Assembly: GCA_973895155.1 (NCBI GenBank) | Contig: OZ316899.1 | Coordinates: 11,934,834 to 11,998,833, forward strand | Direction of reading: 5' to 3' | DNA from: Marsupella aquatica | Lineage: Eukaryota > Plantae > Marchantiophyta | Length of the DNA stretch: 64,000 bases | Shown: positions 37,841-50,240 of the stretch, one piece after another | Layout of the letters: every line of letters starts with the position of its first letter | How positions within the stretch are numbered: position 1 is the first letter of the stretch | The notes under the pieces: model-generated | Told to the model about the DNA's origin: nothing | Seen by the model: the letters and a program-made list of their open reading frames with translations, nothing else | Databases searched by the model: none | Program-made: the position numbers and the translations under genes

Positions 37841-39377
37841 TTTGAGCAGTCCCAACCTGCTCAACAATCTGTCTTGCCTTGGCCAATCCTGCCATAGGTC
37901 CATGGACTGTCTGCTTGCCCCCAGTTATGGTTGCTACTGTCTTAGTAGGCCGCAAGCTCACCAATGGACGATCAGTAACACCAAAAGAGCGCATCCGCAA
38001 TTGTTTAGCTAATCCCAAGTTGATAATCCAAGTCAAGCAATTCAAATCCATGGCTTGACCAAGGACCTGGCGATGTGAACTCTTTGACACAGAGGCAACT
38101 GCAGTAGTGCCTGTCAAAAATCCCATAGCATGCTCTCTTTCATCAGCAGTAGGTTCCACTAACTGCTGTAGAGTTGTATCCCATACAAGTCCAGGCCCAC
38201 CTGCTCTGAATGCATATGAAGCAGAATGACTCACAAAAGTGGGTAATGCACAACGTGGGCAACCAACTACATTGACTACTGCCAATGGTGGTCTGTCAGG
38301 CTGGGTCACACCTTGTGCACGACGCCTTGGATCCAAAATATCATCCACCACCAAGGCTGCTAAGCAAGGAATGCTATCAAATGCTCGCTTCAACACCTCA
38401 CAAGGTAACAAATTAGTCCACCATAAGCGTGGACAATGTGCACGAGAGCCCACACGTGCAACATCCAATAACATAGCAGGTCCAATCCAAGACTTAACCT
38501 GATGAACACTGGCAATAAGTTGATGACGATCATCCCCCAATAATGGCACATTCTCCAAAATGTAGGCAGGGGAATGTGTTCGATGCATCTGAAGATGATG
38601 CTAATCCCATAACATCTCCCAAAATAATGCAGATCGTGGATCATGAAGTCCATGTCCAACTCCAGCTCTAGATTGACCTTGACATGGCCAACCTGCAATC
38701 ACCAAATCAATGGGGCCAACGCGATCCAAATGATCCGCCCCCAACAATGAAATATCAGCTGGTAATGCATGCTGATAATCACGAACGGCATCCACTGGCA
38801 ACAACTGTGGGTAACGTTCGACCAACAATGCCACATTACGTAATGAGACTCTACGTGCTGTCTCATCAGTCTCCACATACAAATAACTGCACACAAGAAT
38901 GTCGGCTTGAAGAACGACAGCCAATCCAGTGCTAATTCCACCAAATAAATCCAACAAACAAATACCCTCATGTGGATATTGCCATGCAATAGGAGTAGTA
39001 TCCAGTGGTGAAAGACTCACTGGTCCATTTGCAGTTGACTGCTCTGCTCCTGATTGCGATGTAAAAGCATGACGCCATGCATCATGTATCAATCGGGCTG
39101 CACTTTGTGGCAAGGCCTGTCCAGTAGCCCATAATGGTGTCACAACACTATCAATGGGCAATCCATGCATGAAGTGTTCCTCATGTGCCTCCTCCACCGT
39201 AGGAACATCTGTTGCATGTGTGTTACCCTCAATCAAATCATCAACTCTAGTAATCAAACTACTGAATGCTGCCAAAGACAATGGTGTAGATTTGGGGCCT
39301 CCAACAGGTCCACTAAATTGCACTAGCAATTGGCTCAATCGAGCATCTCCAGATTGCCAATCGGGTTGATACGACAC
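37841..39377 (-). pseudogene. C5 cytosine DNA methyltransferase domain (DNMT3-like) within the Gypsy pol
   Basis: Motif I LLDLFGGISTG; II VETD; IV IAGWPCQGQS (catalytic PC); VI ILENV; VIII RAHCPRLWWTNL; IX EREHAMGF..GTT; X RQVLGQAM. One in-frame TAG at 38601-38603. Confidence 0.92.
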
Positions 39378-41181
39378 CGATTCATTCCAAAAATCTTTTT
39401 GAAACGATCATACCTATGGGATTCATTCCAAAAATCGGTATGGAAAACGATCATACCACGAATCCCATAGGATAGAGTCCAGTAAGATCTTTTTAGACCG
39501 GGAGTTCCTTGGTACTCCTCAAAACTTACAGATCGTTGTCGTACACCCTTCTTTTTGGGTTTGAGTGGCACAACTAATTTTGGACCAGAACGTAAATTGA
39601 CAAATACAAGTCTACTAGTAGTAGGATTTTCTACAGTTCCTACTTGATTGCTCTGCTGGATCGATGATACTCTGGCATTCACAAATCTTGATGGTGGGAA
39701 ATTGGGGGACTGGAAATCAATGAGTAAATCTCTTGGCCGAACTTCTGATTCCGGGGGTGCACTTTGCGAAGACGAAGCACCTTTCTTCTTACTTCAAATT
39801 GGCTGGATTTTCTCAGGCATTCCTCATCTCCATTTTCCCGAATGACCTGATCAAGCTAAATATCTTCACGATTCCACTGAATCCAGGATGTGCTTAAAAG
39901 AAGCGAGGAGAGATGTGATTCATGTGGCCCAATTACATAAAAATCCAGGTGATAAATACTATCACCAATTTGAATGGGTACCGCGTTGAGTTCTCCTATA
40001 GGTTTAATTAATTGTCCATTGATCCAGAACTGTGTGTAGGTAGGTAAGATTGGTGCAAGAGCTAAGTTCTGAGCCAAGCGAGAAGATAGTAGATTGATTA
40101 TGGATCCTCTATCAATGGAGACCTCTTTAACTAAGTATCCCGCCAATCTAACCTGAGATTCAAAAGAGCTTTGAATGGACCTTGCCATCGCACTGGAGGG
40201 ATGCATTGTGGACTTAACTCCGAACATGCTTTCTCAAGGCTCAAGATCTTAAAAGTTACTAGGTCAAGACTGGGGACAATCGCCTCTCTTCCTCTCTGCG
40301 AGGTGTGCCTCTAGGTACTTCCCTCTTGCTAGATGGCTTTGTCGTGGACAACAGGCTTGTCCCGGTTTGAGTCTCCTCAGCGTTGAGGTCTAGAAGACCA
40401 CAATCCCTTGAAGCACAAGGTCGGAAAAGCTGCGCCCTTGCGTATGTGTACTGCAAAATTCAGGCAGGTGCGTTGTTTTGGAGCTGCGAGCTTCAGAACG
40501 TCAAACCTCCAAAGTTCCAGAGCGTAAGAGCGTCAAAGCACCCAAGCACAAATGGCATTGAACTCTAGAGCTTCAAAACACAAAGGCGCCAAAGCACAAA
40601 AGTGCCTTAGCTCCGTAACCGTTAGATTCCAACTCTTCGTATCTGGCACTTGTCCTCTTTGAGTTCAGTACTTCGTCACTCGTTGTCTGCACTGGGTCAC
40701 CTTCTTCTCCTGTTGCCTCGTGTTTCTCTCTGGAGAATTTCACTCGCCAAATCTGCAATGGAAATTACAATGTATCTTTCTCCGGTAATTCTCCCATTCA
40801 ACCTTAATACTACTAGATGTAAATTCGCTCCTTCCCACCAAGTTATAGACAACCAATGAACTTCGCGTCTACCTCTTACACTTAGCACCCAAGTTTGCAC
40901 ATACCTATTGCGCAGATTCCTAATGCGTAAGGATCCCAAGAATCTAATGGGTGGGGGCATTCTAAAAGGGGAAATCTTCCATCTTACTCCAAGGCTAAAC
41001 TACCTGAGCTACCATCAATTGAACAGAGAGGTTTCTAATCCTCCTTAATTTAGCCAACCTTCTTTTTGGGTGAGAAATTAAGATACATTCTGCACCCATG
41101 AGTTGTTTGGCCTTACTATCTTAGCTACTTCTATCTTCTTTCAATTTTCCTTCTTCTAATTTAGCATAGGTTCCATTCCGT
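39378..41181 (-). mobile_element. Degenerate retroelement segment with a retropepsin-like domain (39856-40227); continues at 50241-50677
   Basis: EVSIDRGSIINLLS...PIGEL..VPIQIG...LDFYV..LLLSTSW resembles an aspartic-protease fold. The segment is split by the CCGT TSD of the 41182-50240 element. Confidence 0.55.
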
Positions 41182-42845
41182 TGTCTGGGGGGGAAATGTG
41201 GTTCTTGAGGAAGCATTGGGCCTATGGCTGCTAGTGTCAAGAGAGAACTTAGGTTAAGATCATGATTACTATTCTAGACTGGGTAGCAGACACCACAATG
41301 AATGGTTATGTAGATGAAAGCACAACATCATAACCCTTTTCTCCATACCTACGGACTATTGCCTCCTTGGCAGCTACCTTGGGTCGAGTTACAAAACAAA
41401 TATCTCCCAACCACAAAGAAACGGGAGGTTCGTTGGAAGAAGGTTTGTTGAGATCCATCTCAATAAGATAAAAATTGTGCAAGCCCAATCCTGCCCATAA
41501 ACTACATAAGGGTATACAATTGGCTCTATTGAATTTAACACCACAGTTGCAAATGCTTCTCCAAAGTGAAAAGTCATATGTTGACGCATTATCTCTTTTT
41601 GGAGTACATGAATTCTAATAAGGAAAGGATTAGGGAGAGGAAGAATAGGTACTGGTCTGGGCATTAAACCCTAAACCCTAAACTATCAAATATTCCACTC
41701 AACTAATATTCATTCTAATGACAAGATATAGAATCATTCAACGAAAAGACCATTCATTTCAAACAAATACTATGCATTGAGTTAACTCTAAGTATATACA
41801 TGCAAATATTTATCTTAATAAGTTTATCTTCTTTTGAATGAAAACACTATCTGAAGGTCCAACGCATACAAACTACCACTGACTGAGCTAAGCTCCAAGC
41901 CAGCGTGCATGCGTGGGTCTACTTCATAAGGGTTTCACCCAAAAGAAGCACAGGATGTTAAGCTATTGTTGAGCACTTTGCAATTCTTTAGGACTTAATA
42001 ACCATCTCCTATCAAATGATAACGCTCTTTGAAGGTCCAACTCATACAAAATATCTTTGGCCAAGCCAAAGCTCTAAGCAAGCGTGTATGAGTGGATCTA
42101 CTTCATAAGGGTTATATTCATAGAGGAGGTCATCAAGTCCAATGGATTCTCAAGGCTTCACAACTTAGTTGATGAAAGATGGGGAGTAAGGGGAGAGAGC
42201 CCTTCTCCTCTTTATTTATAGTGCTCACACTTCAAGCACACAAATCAAACATGGCACATGGATGGAAGCCATGTGTCACACATCCAAGGCAAGTAAGTGT
42301 GCTAGTACTGTAGTTACATGAGTGGAGCAACTGTAGGCAGTACACTGTAGATCGTACATTGTAGATCGTACACTGTATCATGCATACTGTAGATCGTACA
42401 CTGTAGCATGCATACTGTAGATCGTACACTATAGCATGCATACTGTAGATCGTACACTATAGCATGCACACTGTAGGTCTTGCACTGTAGCATGCACACT
42501 GTAGGTCTTGCACTGTAGCATGCACACTGTAGGTCTTGCACTGTAGCATGCACACTGTAGATCGTACACTGTAGCATGCATACTGTAGACCGTGTACTAT
42601 AGCATGCACTCTGTAGACCGTACATTGTAGCATGCACACTGTAGATTGTACACTGTAGCATGCACACTGTAGATCGTACATTATAGCATGCATACTGTGG
42701 ATCGTACACTGTAGCATGCACACTGTAGATCGTACACTGTAGCATGCACACTATAGACTACATATAATGCAAGAATTCAAACTACTATCTTATACTACTA
42801 AGTTATACTTAGAAGGAACTTACTAAACAAAGAATCCCCATGACA
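41182..42845 (-). repeat. 3' LTR (1664 bp) with a 28-bp tandem array at about 42340-42760
   Basis: Colinear with 48667-50240; array unit CACTGTAGCATGCACACTGTAGATCGTA. Confidence 0.93.
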
Positions 42846-43003
42846 TATCACCCCTACTAAACCTGTGCAGCCTCCGGTCTGCACCATACTTAATAGTCAC
42901 CCCTACTAATCTTGTGCATCTTGTAGTCTGCACCACACTTAATAGTCACCCTTACTAATTTTGTGCATCTTCTAGTCTACCCCACACTTAATAGTCACCC
43001 CTA

Positions 43004-46000
43004 CTAACCTCTTACATATTTTGTTGAAATATTCATTGAGTGAAGTAAGAGGTTAGTAGGGGCCCTCCAATGTTGTACAAATTTCTTGATCGAGGAGTGA
43101 TCTTGTCCGAGACAGCCTTCAGAGACTAAGACCCAATCCTTTTCTTGGATTGTCTTGGGTCTCAATCGATGGGTCTTGTCAAATCGGGATTTGTTAGCCA
43201 TTCTTTTTTGCTTCAATTGTTTAATAGCGCCCTGGATCTTTGTAGGAGTGTGATCAAACTGCTCTATGCGACGAAGAATCAAATCCTCTTGAGATACACC
43301 ATCCTCCCACTCTATTGCCCTCCAACTATTAATGTCTTCTTCTATTGGCATGAGTGGAAGTTGACCATTGATCAACTCTGAAGGTGCATATCCTGTTACC
43401 GATGTGCAAGTTGTTCTGTGTGCCATAAGTGCTAGGGGAAGGAAATTTGGCCAAAATGAGATTCTTCCCTTGCATGCCTTAATCAAGGCATTCACTATTG
43501 GTTGGTGTCCCCTCTCACTCTTGCCATTACCTTCAGGATTGTAAGCAGTTGTCAATTTGAGATTCACCCTAAACTTCCTGAAAAATGTAACTGCTTCCTC
43601 TGCATTGAGCTCCCCTCTATCTGCCCTCATGCAATCAAAGCATCCATACCTTGCAATGAAGTCCTCCAATACAAATCTGCATATCGCCTCGGTCTTATTT
43701 GTTGTCAAGGCTCTACCTTCAATGTAGGAGGAGAGGTCCTCAATAGCCAAGACAAGGTACTTGGCTCCTCTTACTCCTCTCGGCATGTGTACCACATCTA
43801 CAGCCCATTGGTAGTGTAGGGAAAGAGGGTACGTGGGTTTTAGTCCATCTCTATGCTTCACCTTCGAGTAGAGTTGACACACTTTGCAAGTTTCCACATA
43901 CTTGCTTAGATCTACATACATTCCTGGCCACCAATATAGTCTTCGAATCCTTTCATAAGTAGCTTCTCGCCCCTTATGTCCTGCCACGTCGGAATCATGT
44001 AAGTCATGTAAAATTTTGTGTTTCTCTTCATCTCTACCAATGACTCTTAGAAGTATGTGCCCCTTCTTCTTTGGATGCTTCCAAAGGGATCCATCTCTTA
44101 CCATGAATTGGTAAGACTTCTTCCAAATTCTGTTGAAGTCTTGCTTACTCCATGTTGAATCTTTCTGCAACGTGGCAAGGTAACGCCCTATCTGCAACAA
44201 TTCCCCAGAATAAGCTTCCTCTTCAAACCTCAATTCCCCTTCATCTTCTCCATATGTGCTATGAAGGCACATTCCCTGGTCCTCTTCATCCCTATAGCGA
44301 GCTTGGGAAAGCATATCAGCTACTGGATTATCTCTCCCAGCAATGTGCTTTAACTCAGGATTAAACATTCTGATGAATGCTATCCATCGAAGCATTGCAA
44401 TATCTGGAGTATCACAATTGGCTATCATTCCCAGCAAGGGTAGACAATCTGTCTCCAGTATTACATTTGCTCCTATCAAATAGTCTCTTTCTTGGCAAAG
44501 TGCTACCTTTGCACCCCACAACTCTCATTTTACTTGAGGATATGCCTCTGTCTTTCTGTAAATATTTTTGCCCAAACCGTGCGGCAAACCTTTGTCCTTC
44601 CTCATCTTGCCCAACTGCCCATCCAGATGCATGAGGACTTGAGTCAATGGTCACGATTATTGGGTCAATACCATTGTACTTCAGAGGTCGTAACACTGGT
44701 GAGCTGGTCAAAGCCTCTTTCAATTGTTGCATAGCCTTTGTATGGCCTGCACTCCATACAAACCTCACATTCTTCCTTAGAAGATCATAGAGAGGTTCTG
44801 CAATGTGAGCAAAATGTGGTATCCATATTCTGTAGAAGATGCAGGCCCCAAGAAATCTCCTTACCTCTGAGGTAGTTCTGCAGTTCTCCATATCCTTGAT
44901 AGCATCCACTTTTGCTTCACATGGCCTTCTTCCATAAGGGCCACAAACTTGCCCTACTACCATGATCTCTTGTAACCCGAAAGCTGACTTCTCTCCAGAT
45001 AGAGTTACTCCTACTTCCTTGAGTCTTTGTAGAATAGCTCCCACATCTTGTAAGTGTTCCCACACAAATTGTCTTAGACCATCTCCTCTAAGTGTTTGAT
45101 CCCTCTCCTTGTACAAACACCCTTTTATGGGGATGTCATCAAGAAAAGGTCTAGTCTTCTCTGGAACAAACGGTTGCAAAATCCTATTCATGGCATTTTG
45201 CATATGGGCCACTGAGTTAGTTGCACCTTGAGGAAGGGTGCACATTCTTAACAACCCTAGTGGCGTCCTCATAGCAGTAATGTCTCTGCTATCTTGGGCA
45301 AGCTGAAACTGATCATACCCTGAGTATAAGTCCCCAATGGAGTAGATTGCTCTCCCAGCAAACTCCTCAGCAAACTCATCCACCACAGGTCCTGTGCCCA
45401 CATTCCTTATGGTGACCTTGTTTGGTGGTTGCATGTCTTGAATGAACCTTAGCTTCCCATTCTTCTTTCTCACCGTGAACCACCGATTTGAGTACGGAGC
45501 GTTTGATCTCTCAAGGATTTTGGCATCTAACTTCTCCTTGAGTAACTCCACCAACTTAGGCATCAATGCTCGTGGCACATAAATTGGCTTAAGGTCCCAA
45601 GGAACATGTGGAACAGTGAAGATTACCATTGGTGTGATCTCCCTTGGATCAGCACATCCAATCTCTCCAATGGAAAAGGAAAAGGCCTTTTCATGTTTGA
45701 TGATCATCTCCTTGAAGGCTCTTCTCTCTTCCTCTAGTAAACCCTTATCACCAATCTTTAATTTGAGCAACGTCTCCTCAGTGAATTTATGCCCAATCTT
45801 AGTACGATCTCTAAGACTTGGCTCCTCCTTTGCTCGCTTCAATATTTCCTTAGCCTCAGATGGCAAGGGAACTGCTGCAGGTCGCACCTTCTTGTCCACT
45901 GTTTTGTACTTTGTGTGTACTTCTGCAAAGTGCTCAATGTAACCATACACATCCCTTTCCACCTCCACTTCTCCTTTTTCTTCCTCAATGTCTCCAATAA

Positions 46001-46258
46001 TCTCTCGAAGAGAGGGTGGTAATCCCCTTTCCTCTAGTACTCCTTCTATTCTCTCTTCAACCTTCAACACTCCTAATGTGAACAAATCTTTTTCTTTCTT
46101 TTCCAACATCTTTTGAGCTCTCATCTTCACATCACCTTTATGAAAATAGCACACTTCACTAGTCCTACTCACACCAACAAAAGAGGAATGAACCTCCATA
46201 GACGAGACTAAAGGCTTGGCGTCCTGCCTGCTTGCTTCTCTTAGCGGGACGCCTAGTC
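43004..46258 (-). pseudogene. pol: RT, RNase H and integrase (frameshift near 44500; integrase truncated at the GPY/F region)
   Basis: DLYSGYDQF, LPQGATNS, FLDD, IDSSP, ETDCLPL, LH..AGH..CKVC, AVDVV, ADRG, GKSERGH. Confidence 0.92.
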
Positions 46259-48568
46259 GAAACCCTTCATACTCTGGTTGGACCTGTACTCCTCCACCAT
46301 TCTTAATTCCCGACGATCTCTTGTACTACCTGGCCGAAGTGTGGGAAATTGAATCTTCTTCAAGTCATCCTTGCTCTTCACTTTTGCCATGTGAGTACCA
46401 TCATCAAGTACCATGGTCTCTACTCGTAATTCCGTGATGAAAGGAACACCAAGAATAAGAGGATATGGAAGTTTTTCAAATACAAAGACATTGATAGCTT
46501 CTACCACATTCCCAAGTTTGATCATGATCTCAGGACATGCTCCCCACAAGGGATTTGCCCTTGTGCCCACTGAATTGACATTCCATTTGATGTCACAGTC
46601 AATCTTCCAATGACCTTTTTGGTATGTCTCTTTAGACATTAGATTCAACTCGGATCTTGAATCTAGGAGTGCCCAAATTCCTCCTTTAGCACCAAGAAAT
46701 TGCACCTCAATCTCTGGGCAAGCTCTTGCCCAATACGGTTGGATTGTTTCCCGCAAATCCACCTCATGTAGGGCTACATTGCCATGAATACCTGAAGTTG
46801 CTTCATGGTGACTCATGGTAGCACATAATACATTTCCCTCCAATTCTTCTTCTTCATCTTCTAGATCATCTTCATAGTCATAGCTAAGAATCTTGGCAGT
46901 TAGTGCATGAGGTCCCTCCTTGTAAACCCTTTTTCTTCTTGCCCTATCCAAGATCTTGCCTTGTAAGTCTAAACGAAGACTTCCAAAAAGTTCTCCATTA
47001 GTGAACCCCCTAGCCTCTTGCTGCCAAAATTTCTCGGCAATCACCTTTGGATCAACGGTTTGCTCCACCTCTCTAGTAAGCAAATAGCCTGGGCTCTTCT
47101 TAGCACCTTTCTTTGGGGCGTTGGTATCCATTGAGCTTCCATGGGAGATTTCTTCTTGACTCTTGCTTGTGGACGTTTCAGGCTCCTCAAATCGAACTCC
47201 TTTCTCTTTGGCTTGACGTGTGAAGCGAGGTCCTGCTTCGGGTCTCTGTTGTTTTTCTCTCCTTTGGGTTTCTTCCATAGAAGTGCCTTCATACCTCCTC
47301 TTCTCTTCCACAGCGGCATTCCATGCTGCTCCTACTTCTGCAGTGATAGAGTTGATCAACACAGGCACATCCCAACCAGATTTTCTCCGGATACTTTCCG
47401 CAAGTCTCTTCCTCTCAATAATATCAAGATGTTCTATGGAAGGCAGATCCTTCTTAACTTGAAGACTGAAGACAGAAGGATCACCATACATCGCTGTAGC
47501 ACTAGAAACTCTCTCTCTCATTCTCTGTTCCACAATCTGCTTCATTCCTCCTTGGTTCACATTCATTGGTATTGGCTCTCCAGAATTAACAAAAGCAATC
47601 TTTCCTTCCACAAACTTGACATGTCGAAGTCGCAATGCTTCTTTCAGTTCTCCACAATCACTTTTGTGATGCTCTTTGCTATCACACCACAAACAATTCC
47701 AGTTTTTATTCAAGGTTGCTAGTGATGTTCCACCAGGGTTTTTGTTCTCCAAGGCTTGAATGGAAAGAGCAAGCTTTGCTATCATGTTTGTCAATGATGC
47801 TATGTCACCCCCTTCTGAGATGCTTCCTTTGACTTCTTTTTCTCCTCCATCAGTAGTACTTTTTTCTCTAACTTTTCTCAAGTCTAGAATGGGAGCTTCC
47901 GCCTCTTGATCAACTTCCCTTCTCCTCCTTTGCTTCGTCACCTTGTGGATTGCAGCTTCTGCTTGTTCCCAAGTGACTTCATCCGCATCTGGAGCAATAA
48001 CATCTAGAGCATTGTCCAACTCTACCCTCAAAGGTATATCAGCTGCACGGATCAAAAGACCTCCTCTTCTGAGACTGATTATTGTTAGATCCTTTGAAGA
48101 TAGCTGATGGTAGCGCCTATTGAATTCCCTCAATAATTCTTGAGGTCCCAACTTCTTGTTTTTCTCTTGTACCCAACCTAGGAACGTGGCTGCAGTAACT
48201 CGATCTGGATCTTCAAATCAAAACTCCTCTTTCACCCTCATTTCAAATGTTTTCCAATCCTCTTTGGCTCCTTCAGCAATCTTGGTGATGATGTCTTTCA
48301 ATTCTGATTCCACCAATGATGCAAATTCATGAATGGCAACCTTCTCACTGATCTTGTGGATGGCTACCTCTGTCCAATACTCTTTCAAGTATCGGGTTGC
48401 TCTTCTCCCGTCGAACTGCCCAAACTTTGCTAACAAAGCTTGTAAGCACTTGGTCATACAACTTGCTTCCTCCTTCTTCTGGTTCTCAGGTGCCTCTCTT
48501 CGTGCTTTGGCCTCCATCATAAACATCTCAGTCATCTCTTCCATAGTTCCTCCTACCATTGGGAACAA
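46253..48568 (-). pseudogene. gag (CCHC knuckle) fused to aspartic protease, with one premature stop at 48218
   Basis: CLWCDSKEHHKSDC; ALLDSRSELN (DSG mutated); ILGVPF. Confidence 0.88.
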
Positions 48569-48666
48569 CTTCTCCTTTGCTTCTATTTTCTATCAAGCTT
48601 CTTCTCTCATCAATATCCTTTTATCTTTGACACTAGCCTCAAGTTTCCCCAGTATGGTCGCCAACA

Positions 48667-50240
48667 TGTCTGGGGGGGGGAAATGTGGTTCTTGAGGAAG
48701 CACCGGGCCTATGGCTGCTAGTGTCAAGAGAGAACTTAAGTTAAGATCATGATTACTATTCTAGACTGGGTAGCAGACACCACAATGAATGGTTATGTGG
48801 ATGAAAGCACAACATCATAACCCTTTTCTCCATACCTACGGACTATTGTCTCCTTGACAGCTACCTTGGGTCGAGTTACAAAATGAATATCTCCCAACCA
48901 GAAAGAAATGGGAGGTTCGTCGGAAAGAAGGTTTGTTGAGATCCATCTCAATACAAGATAAAAATTGTGCAAGCCCAATCTTGCCCGTAAACTACATAAG
49001 GGTATACAATTGGCTCTATTGAATTTAACACCGTAGTTGCAAATGCTTCTTCAAAGTGAAAAGTCATATGCTGACGTATTATCTCTTTTTGGAGTACATG
49101 AATTCTAATAAGGAAAGGATTAGAGAGAGGAAGAATAGGTACTAGTCTGGGCATTATTGTACTATCAAATATTCCACTCAACTAATATTCATTCTAATGA
49201 CAAGATATAGAATCATTCAACGAAAAGACCATTCATTTCAAACAAATACTATGCATTGAGTTAACTCTAAGTATATACATGCAAATATTTATCTTAATAA
49301 GTTTATCTTCTTTTGAATGAAAACACTATCTGAAGGTCCAACGCATACAAACTACCACTGACTGAGCTAAGCTCCAAGCCAGCGTGCATGCATGGGTCTA
49401 CTTCATAAGGGTTTTACCCAAAAAGAGCACATGATGTTAAGGTATTGTTGAGCACTTTGCAATTCTTTAGGACTTAATAACCATCTCCTATCAAATGATA
49501 ACACTCTTTGAAGGTCCAACTCATACAAAATATCTCTGGCCGAGCCGAAGCTCTAAGCAAGCGTGTATGAGTGGGTCTACTTCATAAGGGTTATATTCAT
49601 AGAGGAGGTCATCAAATCCAATGGATTCTCAAGGCTTCACAACTTAGTTGATGAAAGATGGGGAGTGAGGGCAGAGAGCCCCTCTCCTCTTTATTTATAG
49701 TGCTCACACTTCAAGCACACGGATCAAGCATGGCACACGGATGGAAGCCATGTGTCACACATCCAAGGCAAGTAAGTGTGCTAGTATTGTAGTTACGTGA
49801 GTGGAGCAACTGTAGGCAGTACACTGTAGCATGCACACTGTAGATCGTACACTGTAGCATGCATACTATAGATCGTACACTATAGCATGCACACTGTAGG
49901 TATTGCACTGTAGCATGCACACTATAGGTCTTGCACTATAGTATGCACACTGTAGATCGTACACTGTAGCATGCATATTGTAGACCGTGTACTGTAGCAT
50001 GCACTCTGTAAACTGTACACTGTAGCATGCACACTATAGATTGTACACTGTAGCATGCACACTGTAGATCATACATTATAGCATGCACACTATAGATCGT
50101 ACACTGTAGCATGCACACTGTAGATTGTACACTGTAGCATGCACACTATAGACTGCATATAATGCGAGAATTCAAACTACTATCTTATACTACTAAGCTA
50201 TACTTAGAAGGAACTTACTAAACAAAGAATCCCCACGACA
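48667..50240 (-). repeat. 5' LTR (1574 bp) with a shorter 28-bp tandem array at about 49810-50160
   Basis: Colinear with 41182-42845. Confidence 0.93.

Larger units (their letters stand above)
27392..39377 (-). mobile_element. Degenerate Ty3/Gypsy LTR retrotransposon with pol = DNMT-RT-RNaseH-INT-PHD; gag, protease and 5' LTR missing; interrupted by a MULE at 31298-37830
   Basis: Domain order read directly from minus-strand translations; PPT TAGGGGGGCGAT (27983-27994) followed by TG-starting LTR sequence. Confidence 0.88.
41182..50240 (-). mobile_element. Near full-length Ty3/Gypsy LTR retrotransposon (9059 bp), 4-bp TSD CCGT
   Basis: LTRs 41182-42845 and 48667-50240 (TGTC..GACA); PBS-like TGGCGACCATAC after the 5' LTR; PPT AGTAGGGGTGATA; order gag-PR-RT-RH-INT. 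Confidence 0.95.

Noticed and set aside
37841-39377. Bacterial restriction-modification methylase, contamination, or host DNMT gene
   Set aside because: Intronless, in frame with Gypsy RT, no partner nuclease, and no PWWP, UBA, BAH or chromo domain seen; flanked by plant TEs.
39856-40227. Protease belonging to the DNMT element
   Set aside because: The position is suggestive, but the frame and sequence character change near 39377. It cannot be assigned without sibling copies.
42232-42751. Cys-rich repetitive ORFs (also 49711-50118)
   Set aside because: Translations of the 28-bp LTR tandem array.
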